From positions 1,952,180 to 1,984,179 of the forward strand of contig NZ_LT963434.1 of the NCBI RefSeq assembly GCF_900199515.1: a stretch of 32,000 nucleotides of DNA, in the 5' to 3' direction. Shown one piece after another: positions 23,779-31,965 of this stretch. Numbering within the stretch: the stretch's first letter is position 1; every line of letters starts with the position of its first letter. The position numbers and the translations under genes were made by a program. This stretch comes from Massilicoli timonensis. Lineage in GTDB: Bacteria; Bacillota_I; Bacilli_A; Erysipelotrichales; Erysipelotrichaceae. The notes beneath the pieces are model-generated. The model was not told the DNA's origin, searched no databases, and was given only the letters and a program-made list of their open reading frames with translations.

Positions 23779-23865
23779 TTGCATTGCAGGGAGTATAATG
23801 ATTTCTTTAATGATTCATTAGAGTATCTTATTATCTGACGGTTTGAAGGCGGGTGTTACTGATTG

Positions 23866-24219
23866 ATGAGATATACGAAAAAAGATGAAAGAAGACGAGC
23901 AATTTTAAGGGAACTGAAAAATTATAAGGGAAACAAGGAACTGATGAAATATTATCAGGAAATCATTGATAACCCACAGGATTCAATTCCTCAGGTATAT
24001 ATAGAAAGATGCAAAAAAGATCTAATCAGAGTCAAAGGAAATATGCAGTATGTATTGGGGCTCATTCAAAGACTTCCTGAAAAAGATCAGGAAATGCTGA
24101 TGGATGTATTTGTATTGGATATGAATAGAAAGGAATTGCTGTCTAAATATAATATGTCAGGAAATCTCTTATATTATCACTACAACCAGATTGCTCGAAA
24201 GCTTGCTGATATGGATTAG
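23866..24219 (+). CDS. Small sigma-70 region-4 / ArpU-like transcriptional regulator
   Basis: 117 aa. LPEKDQEMLMDVFVLDMNRKELLSKYNMSGNLLYYHYNQIARKL looks like a region-4 HTH. ATG 23866 directly follows TTG 23863. Confidence 0.4.
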   Translation: MRYTKKDERRRAILRELKNYKGNKELMKYYQEIIDNPQDSIPQVYIERCKKDLIRVKGNMQYVLGLIQRLPEKDQEMLMDVFVLDMNRKELLSKYNMSGNLLYYHYNQIARKLADMD

Positions 24220-24222
24220 AGA

Positions 24223-24717
24223 TTGGTAAAAACAGGGACTGTTCACACTGAAATCTTAAAGAGTCTTGTCAATGAATTTCTAAGCTACTCATACTGGCAG
24301 AGACAGAAAAGCGAGCTAGAAGAGGATCTGGCAATATTAGAGGAACGTATGTACGAATTAAGTGGTATTTCCTTTGATGGTATCCCACAGAAAAATCGTA
24401 AGCAGGATCAGGAAAGCAGACTTATTCAACTGATTACAGACAAAGAAAAATTGGAAGAACGTCTGCGTTTTATTCAAAGCAAAGAGGATTTTGTAAAAGA
24501 GATGATGGATATAATGTCTGAAAATGACCAGGAATTTATCATGAAATCACTGATATATCGCAGTGCCTATGATACAAATGACAGCATTGGGATGAAAAGC
24601 AGCATTACAGAATCCGGTGTCAGATATAAGATAAATACTATCATCAGTAAAACTTTTGAAGAGTATTTAACAAAAGAAACTAAGAAAGGAGGCAAGGTTG
24701 AACAAACTGCAGGATGA
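24223..24717 (+). CDS. ArpU-like phage-type transcriptional regulator (putative)
   Basis: 164 aa. GISFDGIPQKNRKQDQESRLIQLI...LEERL and the C-terminal ITESGVRYKINTIISK fit the ArpU layout. TTG start 3 nt after the upstream TAG, in the same frame. Confidence 0.35.
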   Translation: MVKTGTVHTEILKSLVNEFLSYSYWQRQKSELEEDLAILEERMYELSGISFDGIPQKNRKQDQESRLIQLITDKEKLEERLRFIQSKEDFVKEMMDIMSENDQEFIMKSLIYRSAYDTNDSIGMKSSITESGVRYKINTIISKTFEEYLTKETKKGGKVEQTAG

Positions 24718-25327
24718 AATCTTTGACAGCTTGTCACATGATGAATGGATTGTGATGAGCGAATTGCAGAAAACATTAAAGGAAAAGTTCAACCGAAATT
24801 ACAAGCCCAGAAGACTAAGGGAGCTTATCCGAGAGTGCAGGCTTCTATATAAGGAAAACTGTACAGATATGCTGATCATCAAGTCAAACAGAGGCTATAA
24901 GCTTAGCAATGATATGGATGAAATATTTAGGTTTACGCGTGAGCTGATTGAATGTGGAGAAAGCATGACTAGAGAAGGTCATGAAATCTATCAGGCTGCC
25001 TTATCTAGAAATCATCAGATGCCAAAATATCAGAAATATGAAGAATATTGCAGAGATTCCATTAAAAGAATGATGGAGGAAAATCAATTTTCTCACTTGC
25101 AGGTATTTGAGATTTCCAAAGGTTTGTCAACAGGGTTATCATACAGTCAGCTTTTTTTGTTTGCTAAAGCAGAATATCATCCATATCTGATGCGACTGGC
25201 AAGAACAGCATTATCAAATGGTGCTGATCAGGAACAGGTATTATCTATACTGATGGATAATCCAATTCCGGAAATTGCCATAGAAAGATTCAAGAAAATA
25301 GAAGAAAAGAGGAATATTGAAAGTTAA
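24698..25327 (+). CDS. Hypothetical protein: N-terminal winged-helix-like region plus two copies of the 29-aa repeat found in 31263-31931
   Basis: 209 aa. TTG start with a strong AAGGAGG 5 nt upstream. Repeats are FSHLQVFEISKGLSTGLSYSQLFLFAKAEY and HPYLMRLARTALSNGADQEQVLSILMDNPI. Confidence 0.5.
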   Translation: MNKLQDEIFDSLSHDEWIVMSELQKTLKEKFNRNYKPRRLRELIRECRLLYKENCTDMLIIKSNRGYKLSNDMDEIFRFTRELIECGESMTREGHEIYQAALSRNHQMPKYQKYEEYCRDSIKRMMEENQFSHLQVFEISKGLSTGLSYSQLFLFAKAEYHPYLMRLARTALSNGADQEQVLSILMDNPIPEIAIERFKKIEEKRNIES

Positions 25328-25679
25328 ACGACTGACTGCGGAAAAGCCTAATGGTGAAATCGTTCTAGTCAAAAAGGAAGTGGATTTTGACATGCTTTCT
25401 CCAGTTATTGCAAAAGTGCTGACAGAGGCTATCGAACAGCTTGCTCAATACGAACGCAGTCTAACCAGTGATGAACTGATTGAAATACCTTATCCTATCA
25501 AGAGCAGAATGAAACTGCAGGTTGAGGGACGTTTAATGGAAGTAGTCGTTGCTGGCTATGAGCTAAGCAGCAAAGAGATGATTATCGTTCTGGAAAATAA
25601 AGAAGGCATCACGCTTCACATTCCATATAGGGAAGCGTTCAACAGGCTTCAGAAGATTGGCAGCGTGAATGCTGTTTAG
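25317..25679 (+). CDS. Hypothetical protein
   Basis: 120 aa. TTG start overlapping the upstream gene by 11 nt. No recognisable motif. Confidence 0.45.
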   Translation: MKVKRLTAEKPNGEIVLVKKEVDFDMLSPVIAKVLTEAIEQLAQYERSLTSDELIEIPYPIKSRMKLQVEGRLMEVVVAGYELSSKEMIIVLENKEGITLHIPYREAFNRLQKIGSVNAV

Positions 25680-25687
25680 GAAATCAG

Positions 25688-26965
25688 GTGCATTTGAACC
25701 TGTATGAGCTATTGCATACTACATTCAAATGGCCGAAAGAAAAGACAATCAGAGTCTTTGAAACCTTTGCAGGTATTGGAGCTCAGGCAAAGGGATTTGA
25801 AAATCTTCAAATAAATCATGAAGTCACAGGAATAAGTGAAATTGATAAGGATGCCATATTGGCATATGCTGCTATCCATTGTGACCTTAACAGAATCATG
25901 CAAATCTATTCATTTCCTGAAAAGGAAGAAATGATAGACTATTTGCAGAAACTGGATGTGGGATATGACTTCAAAAATCAAAGGCATACAATTACAGAAA
26001 AAACAGGCATAGATAAAGTCAAAAGATATTATCTGGCAAATGTCTTATCCAAGAACTATGGAAATATTTCAAAGATACATATGAGTGATCTGCCTGAAAT
26101 AGATTTTCTGACTTATTCATTTCCATGCCAGGATCTAAGCAGAGCCGGAGCCATGAGAGGAATGGATAAGGAATCTCATACACGCTCTGGACTTCTCTGG
26201 GAAATTGAACGAATTCTAGAGGAAGGATATGCAATGAATCGACTTCCTATGATTCTTATGATGGAGAATGTTCCGGAAGTCATAGGAACAAGGAATTTGA
26301 AGAATTTCAGAAAATGGTATGCGAAACTGGAGGCACTTGGATATCAGTCATATTATAAGATTCTGGATGCTTCGGACTTTGGAGTACCTCAGCATAGAGA
26401 AAGATGCTTCATGATATCGATCTATGGAGCCTACCATTATGATTTTCCTATGCCAGTTCCTTTGACGATTTCACTTCAGGATGTGATGGAAAATAAGGCA
26501 GATAAATCTGATTTTATCAGTCATAAGGATATGCTGAAGATGATTTCCGTACATGATGAAACAATGAAGCTGCCTGATTGTTATGTTCCGCAGAATATAG
26601 AACATAAAAGATTTAATTTCATGAAATGCATCAATAGAAAGAATATTCATGGAAAAAGAGTATCACAGACCAATCGCATTTTTGACAGCAGAGGAATCTC
26701 TGCAACCCTGACATGCGGTTATACAGGTTATTACCTGGTAGATTCATCTCAATATCCTGATGAAGATATTGGCGATATGGCAAGAATAGGAGATCAGCTA
26801 GTTAGAAGGCTGACTGTCAAGGAAGCCTATCGACTGATGGGATTTACGGATGAAGATGTAGAAAAGGTCATATCAGCCGGTGTCAGCAGACATCAGATGT
26901 ATCGTCAGGCGGGAAATTCCATTGTTGTCAATGTGCTGATGGCTATATTTAATCAGCTGTTCTAA
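25688..26965 (+). CDS. dcm: DNA (cytosine-5)-methyltransferase, orphan
   Basis: Motif I FETFAGIGA, motif IV FPCQDLS, motif VI ENV, motif VIII QHRERCF, motif X GNSIVV. The start is uncertain (GTG 25688 or TTG 25694). No restriction endonuclease gene is adjacent. Confidence 0.85.
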   Translation: MHLNLYELLHTTFKWPKEKTIRVFETFAGIGAQAKGFENLQINHEVTGISEIDKDAILAYAAIHCDLNRIMQIYSFPEKEEMIDYLQKLDVGYDFKNQRHTITEKTGIDKVKRYYLANVLSKNYGNISKIHMSDLPEIDFLTYSFPCQDLSRAGAMRGMDKESHTRSGLLWEIERILEEGYAMNRLPMILMMENVPEVIGTRNLKNFRKWYAKLEALGYQSYYKILDASDFGVPQHRERCFMISIYGAYHYDFPMPVPLTISLQDVMENKADKSDFISHKDMLKMISVHDETMKLPDCYVPQNIEHKRFNFMKCINRKNIHGKRVSQTNRIFDSRGISATLTCGYTGYYLVDSSQYPDEDIGDMARIGDQLVRRLTVKEAYRLMGFTDEDVEKVISAGVSRHQMYRQAGNSIVVNVLMAIFNQLF

Positions 26966-26979
26966 ACAAAGGAGGAAGA

Positions 26980-28368
26980 TTGGAAGAAAATGTCATTAAG
27001 ACAGTTGTTGATCAGGTCGATATCGTTGATGTCATTTCAAATTATATAGATCTGAAAAAAACAGGAAGAAACTATGTGGGTATATGTCCCTTTCATGATG
27101 ACACGAATCCTTCACTAACCGTTAACAGAGAAAAGAAGCTGTTCAAATGCTTTGTCTGCGGGGCAGGAGGAAATGTCATCACATTTGTGATGAAGATGGA
27201 AAACTGTGGCTTTAAGGAAGCCTTTAATAAGGTGGTTGAGCTTGGAGGACTAAGCAATGACCTGAAGATGAAGATAACACAGGAATTCACCTATAATCCT
27301 TATAATGAGAAACAGCGACGTCAGATCAAGATGAATGAAATCATACAGGAATACTTATCCTACAATATTAAGACTGCAAATGCTGAAGGCAGTTATGAGT
27401 ATCTGACTGGACGTGGAATAAATGATGAGGCACAGAAGAGATTTGGACTGGGCTATATGCATGATGTTCATCTCGTTATTCGCTTTCTTCAGCAGAAATG
27501 CGGGTTTACAAGGGAGGAGATTGCTGAAAATGATTTCTTTCGCATAAATGACTTTGGGATTTACAGTCCCTATGAACATAGAATTACGATTCCTATATAT
27601 GATCGTTTCCATTATCTGATAGGATTTGCCGGAAGAAAAGGACAGTATGAAACAAAACTGGATGCAAAATACATCAACCCATCTACCACTGATTTATTCC
27701 ATAAAGGCAGGATTCTTTTTAATCACTACAATGCAGTTCATGAATCAAGGAGCAAAAAGGAAATCTATGTTGTGGAAGGCTATATGGATGCCATTACAAT
27801 GGATGCAAATGGGTATCCAAATACTGTGGCTATCATGGGAACAGCAATGACTCATGAACAGATTGAATATCTCAAGCAGATCAAACGAAATGTTGTCATT
27901 GTTCTTGACGGTGATGATGCTGGACAGAGAGCGATGTTTTCTATATACAGACAGTGCATCAAGGAAGGACTGGATGCTTCTTTTGCGGTTCTGCCTGATG
28001 GGAAAGATCCCGATGACATGCTAAGAACGCAGAAAGCAGAAATGGATGGAATTCTTGCCAATTATATGTATGGCTATGAATTTGCTGCATCCTACTGCTA
28101 TGATCCTGTCATGAACTTTCGCAGACAGAAAGAACTGATCATGGAAATGATGGATGATTTTATTCATCAGGATAGAGATGTTCTGGATAGATCCCATTTT
28201 TTCCATCTGATTCAGGAAAACTATGGATTAGATATGGAAAGTATCAGGGAAACCTACCAGCTATGCCAGCAGAAGATTCAGACAAAAGAAGCAACAGACA
28301 GAAAAATGGCAGACCGTACCTTTACTCCTGAAATTCCAATAAAAAAAGGAAGAGTCAATGAAGGATAA
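26980..28368 (+). CDS. DnaG-type DNA primase
   Basis: 462 aa. CHC2 zinc finger CPFHDDTNPSLTV...FKCFVCGAGGN. TOPRIM motifs VVEGYMDAIT and VLDGDDAGQRA. TTG start after AAGGAGGAAG. Confidence 0.85.
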   Translation: MEENVIKTVVDQVDIVDVISNYIDLKKTGRNYVGICPFHDDTNPSLTVNREKKLFKCFVCGAGGNVITFVMKMENCGFKEAFNKVVELGGLSNDLKMKITQEFTYNPYNEKQRRQIKMNEIIQEYLSYNIKTANAEGSYEYLTGRGINDEAQKRFGLGYMHDVHLVIRFLQQKCGFTREEIAENDFFRINDFGIYSPYEHRITIPIYDRFHYLIGFAGRKGQYETKLDAKYINPSTTDLFHKGRILFNHYNAVHESRSKKEIYVVEGYMDAITMDANGYPNTVAIMGTAMTHEQIEYLKQIKRNVVIVLDGDDAGQRAMFSIYRQCIKEGLDASFAVLPDGKDPDDMLRTQKAEMDGILANYMYGYEFAASYCYDPVMNFRRQKELIMEMMDDFIHQDRDVLDRSHFFHLIQENYGLDMESIRETYQLCQQKIQTKEATDRKMADRTFTPEIPIKKGRVNEG

Positions 28369-29029
28369 GAAACGTACATATTCCATCTTTGCAGATATCG
28401 TTCGATATGATAATGAACTATCATCAAGCTGCCGACTTTTGTTTTCTGAAATTGCAGCATTGTCAAAGCAGAAAGGGTATTGCTATGCCAATAATCAGTA
28501 TTTTGCTCAAACATTTGAAGTTTCTATAAGCAGCGTATCCAAATGGATACATCAGCTTGAGGAAAAAGGATATGTTGATATTGAATATATCCGAAAAGGA
28601 AGTCATGTCAGATGCAGAAAGATTTATCTTAATCTGGAACTCTGCGACGGATACAGATATCTGAAAAAGAAGATGGACCATTCCAATTCAAACGAACTGG
28701 AAAGCAATCAGAACGAAGAAACACTTCCAGCGGACACGAAGTATAAAAATAGTCTATCTAAAAATAAGGGAGAAGAACGCTTCGGTGTTTATGGAAATCT
28801 GAAGAATGTCTATCTAAGTGAAGATGAATACGAAAGCATCATAAAGAAGTGCGGATTCAGGGATGGTATGATTCTGATCAATGATTTATCTTATCATCTA
28901 GGTTCTACCGGTCGTAAATATAAATCACATTATAATACGATCATATCGTGGTATCGTCGCAAAGCATCTGAAAAAATCAGACGACCTTCACGATGGTACA
29001 TAGAGGATGGTGAAGAGATGGATGAATAA
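28358..29029 (+). CDS. Phage replisome-organizer / DnaD-like replication protein
   Basis: 223 aa. N-terminal wHTH (CRLLFSEIAALSKQKGYCYANNQYFAQTFEVSISSVSKWIHQLEEKGYV). The C-terminal VYLSEDEYESI...GRKYKSHYNTIISW is typical of replisome organizers. Confidence 0.55.
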   Translation: MKDKKRTYSIFADIVRYDNELSSSCRLLFSEIAALSKQKGYCYANNQYFAQTFEVSISSVSKWIHQLEEKGYVDIEYIRKGSHVRCRKIYLNLELCDGYRYLKKKMDHSNSNELESNQNEETLPADTKYKNSLSKNKGEERFGVYGNLKNVYLSEDEYESIIKKCGFRDGMILINDLSYHLGSTGRKYKSHYNTIISWYRRKASEKIRRPSRWYIEDGEEMDE

Positions 29030-29804
29030 TAGTCCTAAATATAGATTGAGCGAACAGACAATCATGGATATGGAACATGGTGTTGTCCTATACAGAATCG
29101 TAGCTGAAAGAACATTTGAGTCTATTGAACGCATTATAAAAAAAGGAACGGTTGGCGGATATGTCTGTGGCTATCATAATCTATCTCAGGATGACAGATG
29201 CTGGGTTGATGATAATGCAAAAATATTCGGACAGGCAAAGGTGCTGGAAAATGCTTTTGTTAAAGGGAGCAGCATGATTTCAGATGATGCTGAGATTAGC
29301 GGATACAGCAAGGTTATTGGCTGTGCGATTATAAGAGAAAATGCTCTGATTGGCGGAGAATCGGTTATTGAAGACAATGCTATCGTTGAAGGCAATGTAA
29401 TCGTTCAGGATCATTGCAGGGTCATAGAGAACGCAATTGTAACTGGTGATGTTCAGCTCTATGACAGGTGCATTATTGGCGGCAATGCTTATCTGTATGG
29501 CAAGGCAGAACTCAGGGGCAGATGTGAAATCAATGGTTCAGCTATCATAGGCGGTCATAGTCGTATAGAAGAATTTGTTACAGTCAGGGATAAGGCAATC
29601 ATCAAGGAGCATGCCTTTATTCATGGCCGTTGTCTGATCAATGGAAACGCGAAAATATTCGGTTATTCGGATATTAGTTATGATGTTGGTGGACTAAGCA
29701 TCATCAATGTCACCCTTTCTGAAAGGAAAGAGAGTATTCCTTTTCTGAAAAAGAATTTTATTGAGTCACTAGATATTGAAAGAGGAGGAAATCATAGAAA
29801 ATAA
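29007..29804 (+). CDS. YdcK-like left-handed beta-helix (hexapeptide repeat) protein
   Basis: 265 aa. The N-terminal KYRLSE...GTVGGYV...NLSQDDRCWV resembles E. coli YdcK (from memory). It is followed by 27 uninterrupted hexads (residues 64-225). The start may be ATG 29022. Confidence 0.55.
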   Translation: MVKRWMNNSPKYRLSEQTIMDMEHGVVLYRIVAERTFESIERIIKKGTVGGYVCGYHNLSQDDRCWVDDNAKIFGQAKVLENAFVKGSSMISDDAEISGYSKVIGCAIIRENALIGGESVIEDNAIVEGNVIVQDHCRVIENAIVTGDVQLYDRCIIGGNAYLYGKAELRGRCEINGSAIIGGHSRIEEFVTVRDKAIIKEHAFIHGRCLINGNAKIFGYSDISYDVGGLSIINVTLSERKESIPFLKKNFIESLDIERGGNHRK

Positions 29805-31266
29805 TTTTTATTCTGATAAAGCAATCGAAAAGATAAAGTATTCCGGTCTTCCAGAAGATAAGCAGAAGCTATACATGGATTATCTGATGTCGGAAGATAA
29901 AATAATGCTTCTTGCAGAACTGTGGGAACATTATGGACTTTATCCTCATTTTATCTTTGATGTTTTTGAATCTTTTTCTGAAGAAGAACTTAAAGATACC
30001 CAGTTCTGGATTAAAATGCAGATTGATGGTTATATGGAGTATGATGAACTTTTGCATAAGATTAATAACCTTTCAGAAAAACAAAGAAAGAAGTGGAATA
30101 ATCTTAAATTATTAGAGGCTGCTGTCATTAGAAATCTGGATGATAAATTGCTGCCTTATCTACAATCTGTTCATTTTAGAGTGCTTGATGAAATGGACAT
30201 TGAAAATGATAGGATATTTATGTCATTTGATGCACCTATAAGATATGAAGAATTATTAGACTATATTGAAGATCTTCGTAATCAAGAACTGCCAATTATT
30301 TCAGCTATGAGAGGATTCTGGATAGATTATCAATTCTGTGATGAGTATGGTTGTCATGAAAATAGAATTTGTGTAGATTTCAAATATCAGCAGATTATGT
30401 GCAAGGAATCCAGAGAAAGCATAGAGAAGATATTGGAAAACATAAATCAGGATTTTATGCCTAAGGAAATGCTAAGACATTATTATGAACAGATACAGGA
30501 TATAAAGCTGAATATTATGCAAAATGAATCTGAAGGAATTTGTCAGATGGTTAAATTCATAGAATCAGTGAAAATAAGAGATGTCAATGAACTAAGAAAT
30601 GAGATATTGAATCAAGAGGAGCTTAATGAATATACTCAGCATATTTCTAAAAATGGAGTTAGAGAACTCAAGATGTTTCTTGAAAACTATGACTCAGAAC
30701 ATGTTCACGATTTCTATTATCTTAACGAATCCAATCATCTGGAAAGATTGGATAAAGAGCTGGCTTTGATTTTAATGGATGATGCTTCTTCCTGCATTTC
30801 ATTTGACAGAGTAATGGGATATGAACAGACGAAAGATTATCTAAGTGATCTTTTGCCTAATGAAACAGAAGAGCTGATAAAGAAATGTCAGGAAAACCTA
30901 TGGCTGAAAAAGGGTGGAATTCCATTTGAGGATGATGACTTGAGTGAAGAGGAGTACGGATATCATTTTCGCAGATGTGAAAGAAGAATGGATTTAATGA
31001 ATGCTATCAGTGATGTCAGCTGGGCAATTAGAGATGGATTTGTGTATAAGAATATGGCTTTCATTCAGCAGGTCAATGGAGGTGACGAGTACTGGACATT
31101 GATTCATGATGGTGATAAATGGATTGATTATGAGTCAGTAACCTTTCGCCCTTCAATTGAAAATGACAGATTTTATAGTCTAGTTGATGAGCTTAAAAAA
31201 GAAGGCCAGAAGGCAATAGAAAGGGAAAGAAGCAGAAAAGACAGAAACAGGGGTGAAAGACTATGA
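29776..31266 (+). CDS. Large acidic hypothetical protein
   Basis: Open frame of 496 codons, D/E-rich, with no recognisable motif. The start is uncertain: TTG 29776 lacks an RBS, AGAGGAGGA (29781-29789) is followed only by ATC/ATA codons, and the first ATG is 29875. Confidence 0.5.
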   Translation: MKEEEIIENNFYSDKAIEKIKYSGLPEDKQKLYMDYLMSEDKIMLLAELWEHYGLYPHFIFDVFESFSEEELKDTQFWIKMQIDGYMEYDELLHKINNLSEKQRKKWNNLKLLEAAVIRNLDDKLLPYLQSVHFRVLDEMDIENDRIFMSFDAPIRYEELLDYIEDLRNQELPIISAMRGFWIDYQFCDEYGCHENRICVDFKYQQIMCKESRESIEKILENINQDFMPKEMLRHYYEQIQDIKLNIMQNESEGICQMVKFIESVKIRDVNELRNEILNQEELNEYTQHISKNGVRELKMFLENYDSEHVHDFYYLNESNHLERLDKELALILMDDASSCISFDRVMGYEQTKDYLSDLLPNETEELIKKCQENLWLKKGGIPFEDDDLSEEEYGYHFRRCERRMDLMNAISDVSWAIRDGFVYKNMAFIQQVNGGDEYWTLIHDGDKWIDYESVTFRPSIENDRFYSLVDELKKEGQKAIERERSRKDRNRGERL

Positions 31267-31931
31267 GGATTCCTAAAAGGACAGTTCGATTAATTCATAT
31301 CATGAGTGACAGACAGTTAAGTGAAGACCAGAAAGAAATCATTGAACGTGGTATTGATGCGGGTATGAATGATGATGAATTGACACTGCTAGCGAATAAG
31401 AATCTATCATGTGATCAGATCATGCAGGGATATTATGGAATCATGTGCGGACTATCAGTAGAGGAAGTTGCTACATATCTGAAGCCTGAAAAGAGTCTTG
31501 ATGTCATGCAGCAGATTCGTTTCATCTATTTCAAGCAGAGAGGAACAAAGATTCTTCCCCTTGTTTTAAATGACAATCTCACTAGCCAGCAGATTATAGA
31601 AATCCGAAAAGGTGCAGAACTCCCATTGCGTTATGTTAAGCTTTATGCTGATCCATGTTTCAGTGAAAAACAGATGGAGCAGATACGTATGGGTTTTGAA
31701 AAACATATCCCTTATAGCATCATGCAGTTTATATGTGATCCACGATTGTCGATAGAGCAGATGCGCTGCTTAAGAGAGATTGCATCCTTTGGAATATCTC
31801 CTGAAGAAATGAGAGAATTAGCACAGCCTGATATTCCAGAGGAATCCATGCAGTTCTATTTGAAAAAACTGAAGATTCGATATAGAAATAATGAAAAAAG
31901 AAAGCATATGATATATAATCTAACTATATAA
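31263..31931 (+). CDS. Tandem-repeat protein (six 27-31-aa repeats)
   Basis: 222 aa, ATGA-coupled. Repeats begin LSEDQKEII, LSCDQIMQG, LDVMQQIRF, LTSQQIIEI, FSEKQMEQI and LSIEQMRCL. Confidence 0.55.
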   Translation: MRIPKRTVRLIHIMSDRQLSEDQKEIIERGIDAGMNDDELTLLANKNLSCDQIMQGYYGIMCGLSVEEVATYLKPEKSLDVMQQIRFIYFKQRGTKILPLVLNDNLTSQQIIEIRKGAELPLRYVKLYADPCFSEKQMEQIRMGFEKHIPYSIMQFICDPRLSIEQMRCLREIASFGISPEEMRELAQPDIPEESMQFYLKKLKIRYRNNEKRKHMIYNLTI

Positions 31932-31965
31932 AGCATTTATTTTAAGAAAATTAAGGAGTATAACA

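Noticed and set aside
14638-24219. Idea that TAG is recoded or read through, given three same-frame TAG interruptions (14640-14638, 21138-21136, 24217-24219)
   Set aside because: TAG ends about seven normal-length genes here (for example TetR T1, AraC, parA, 25317-25679). Its share of stops, roughly one fifth, is ordinary. Two of the three cases lie in clearly decaying genes, and the third is within the 1-in-3 chance of adjacent genes sharing a frame.
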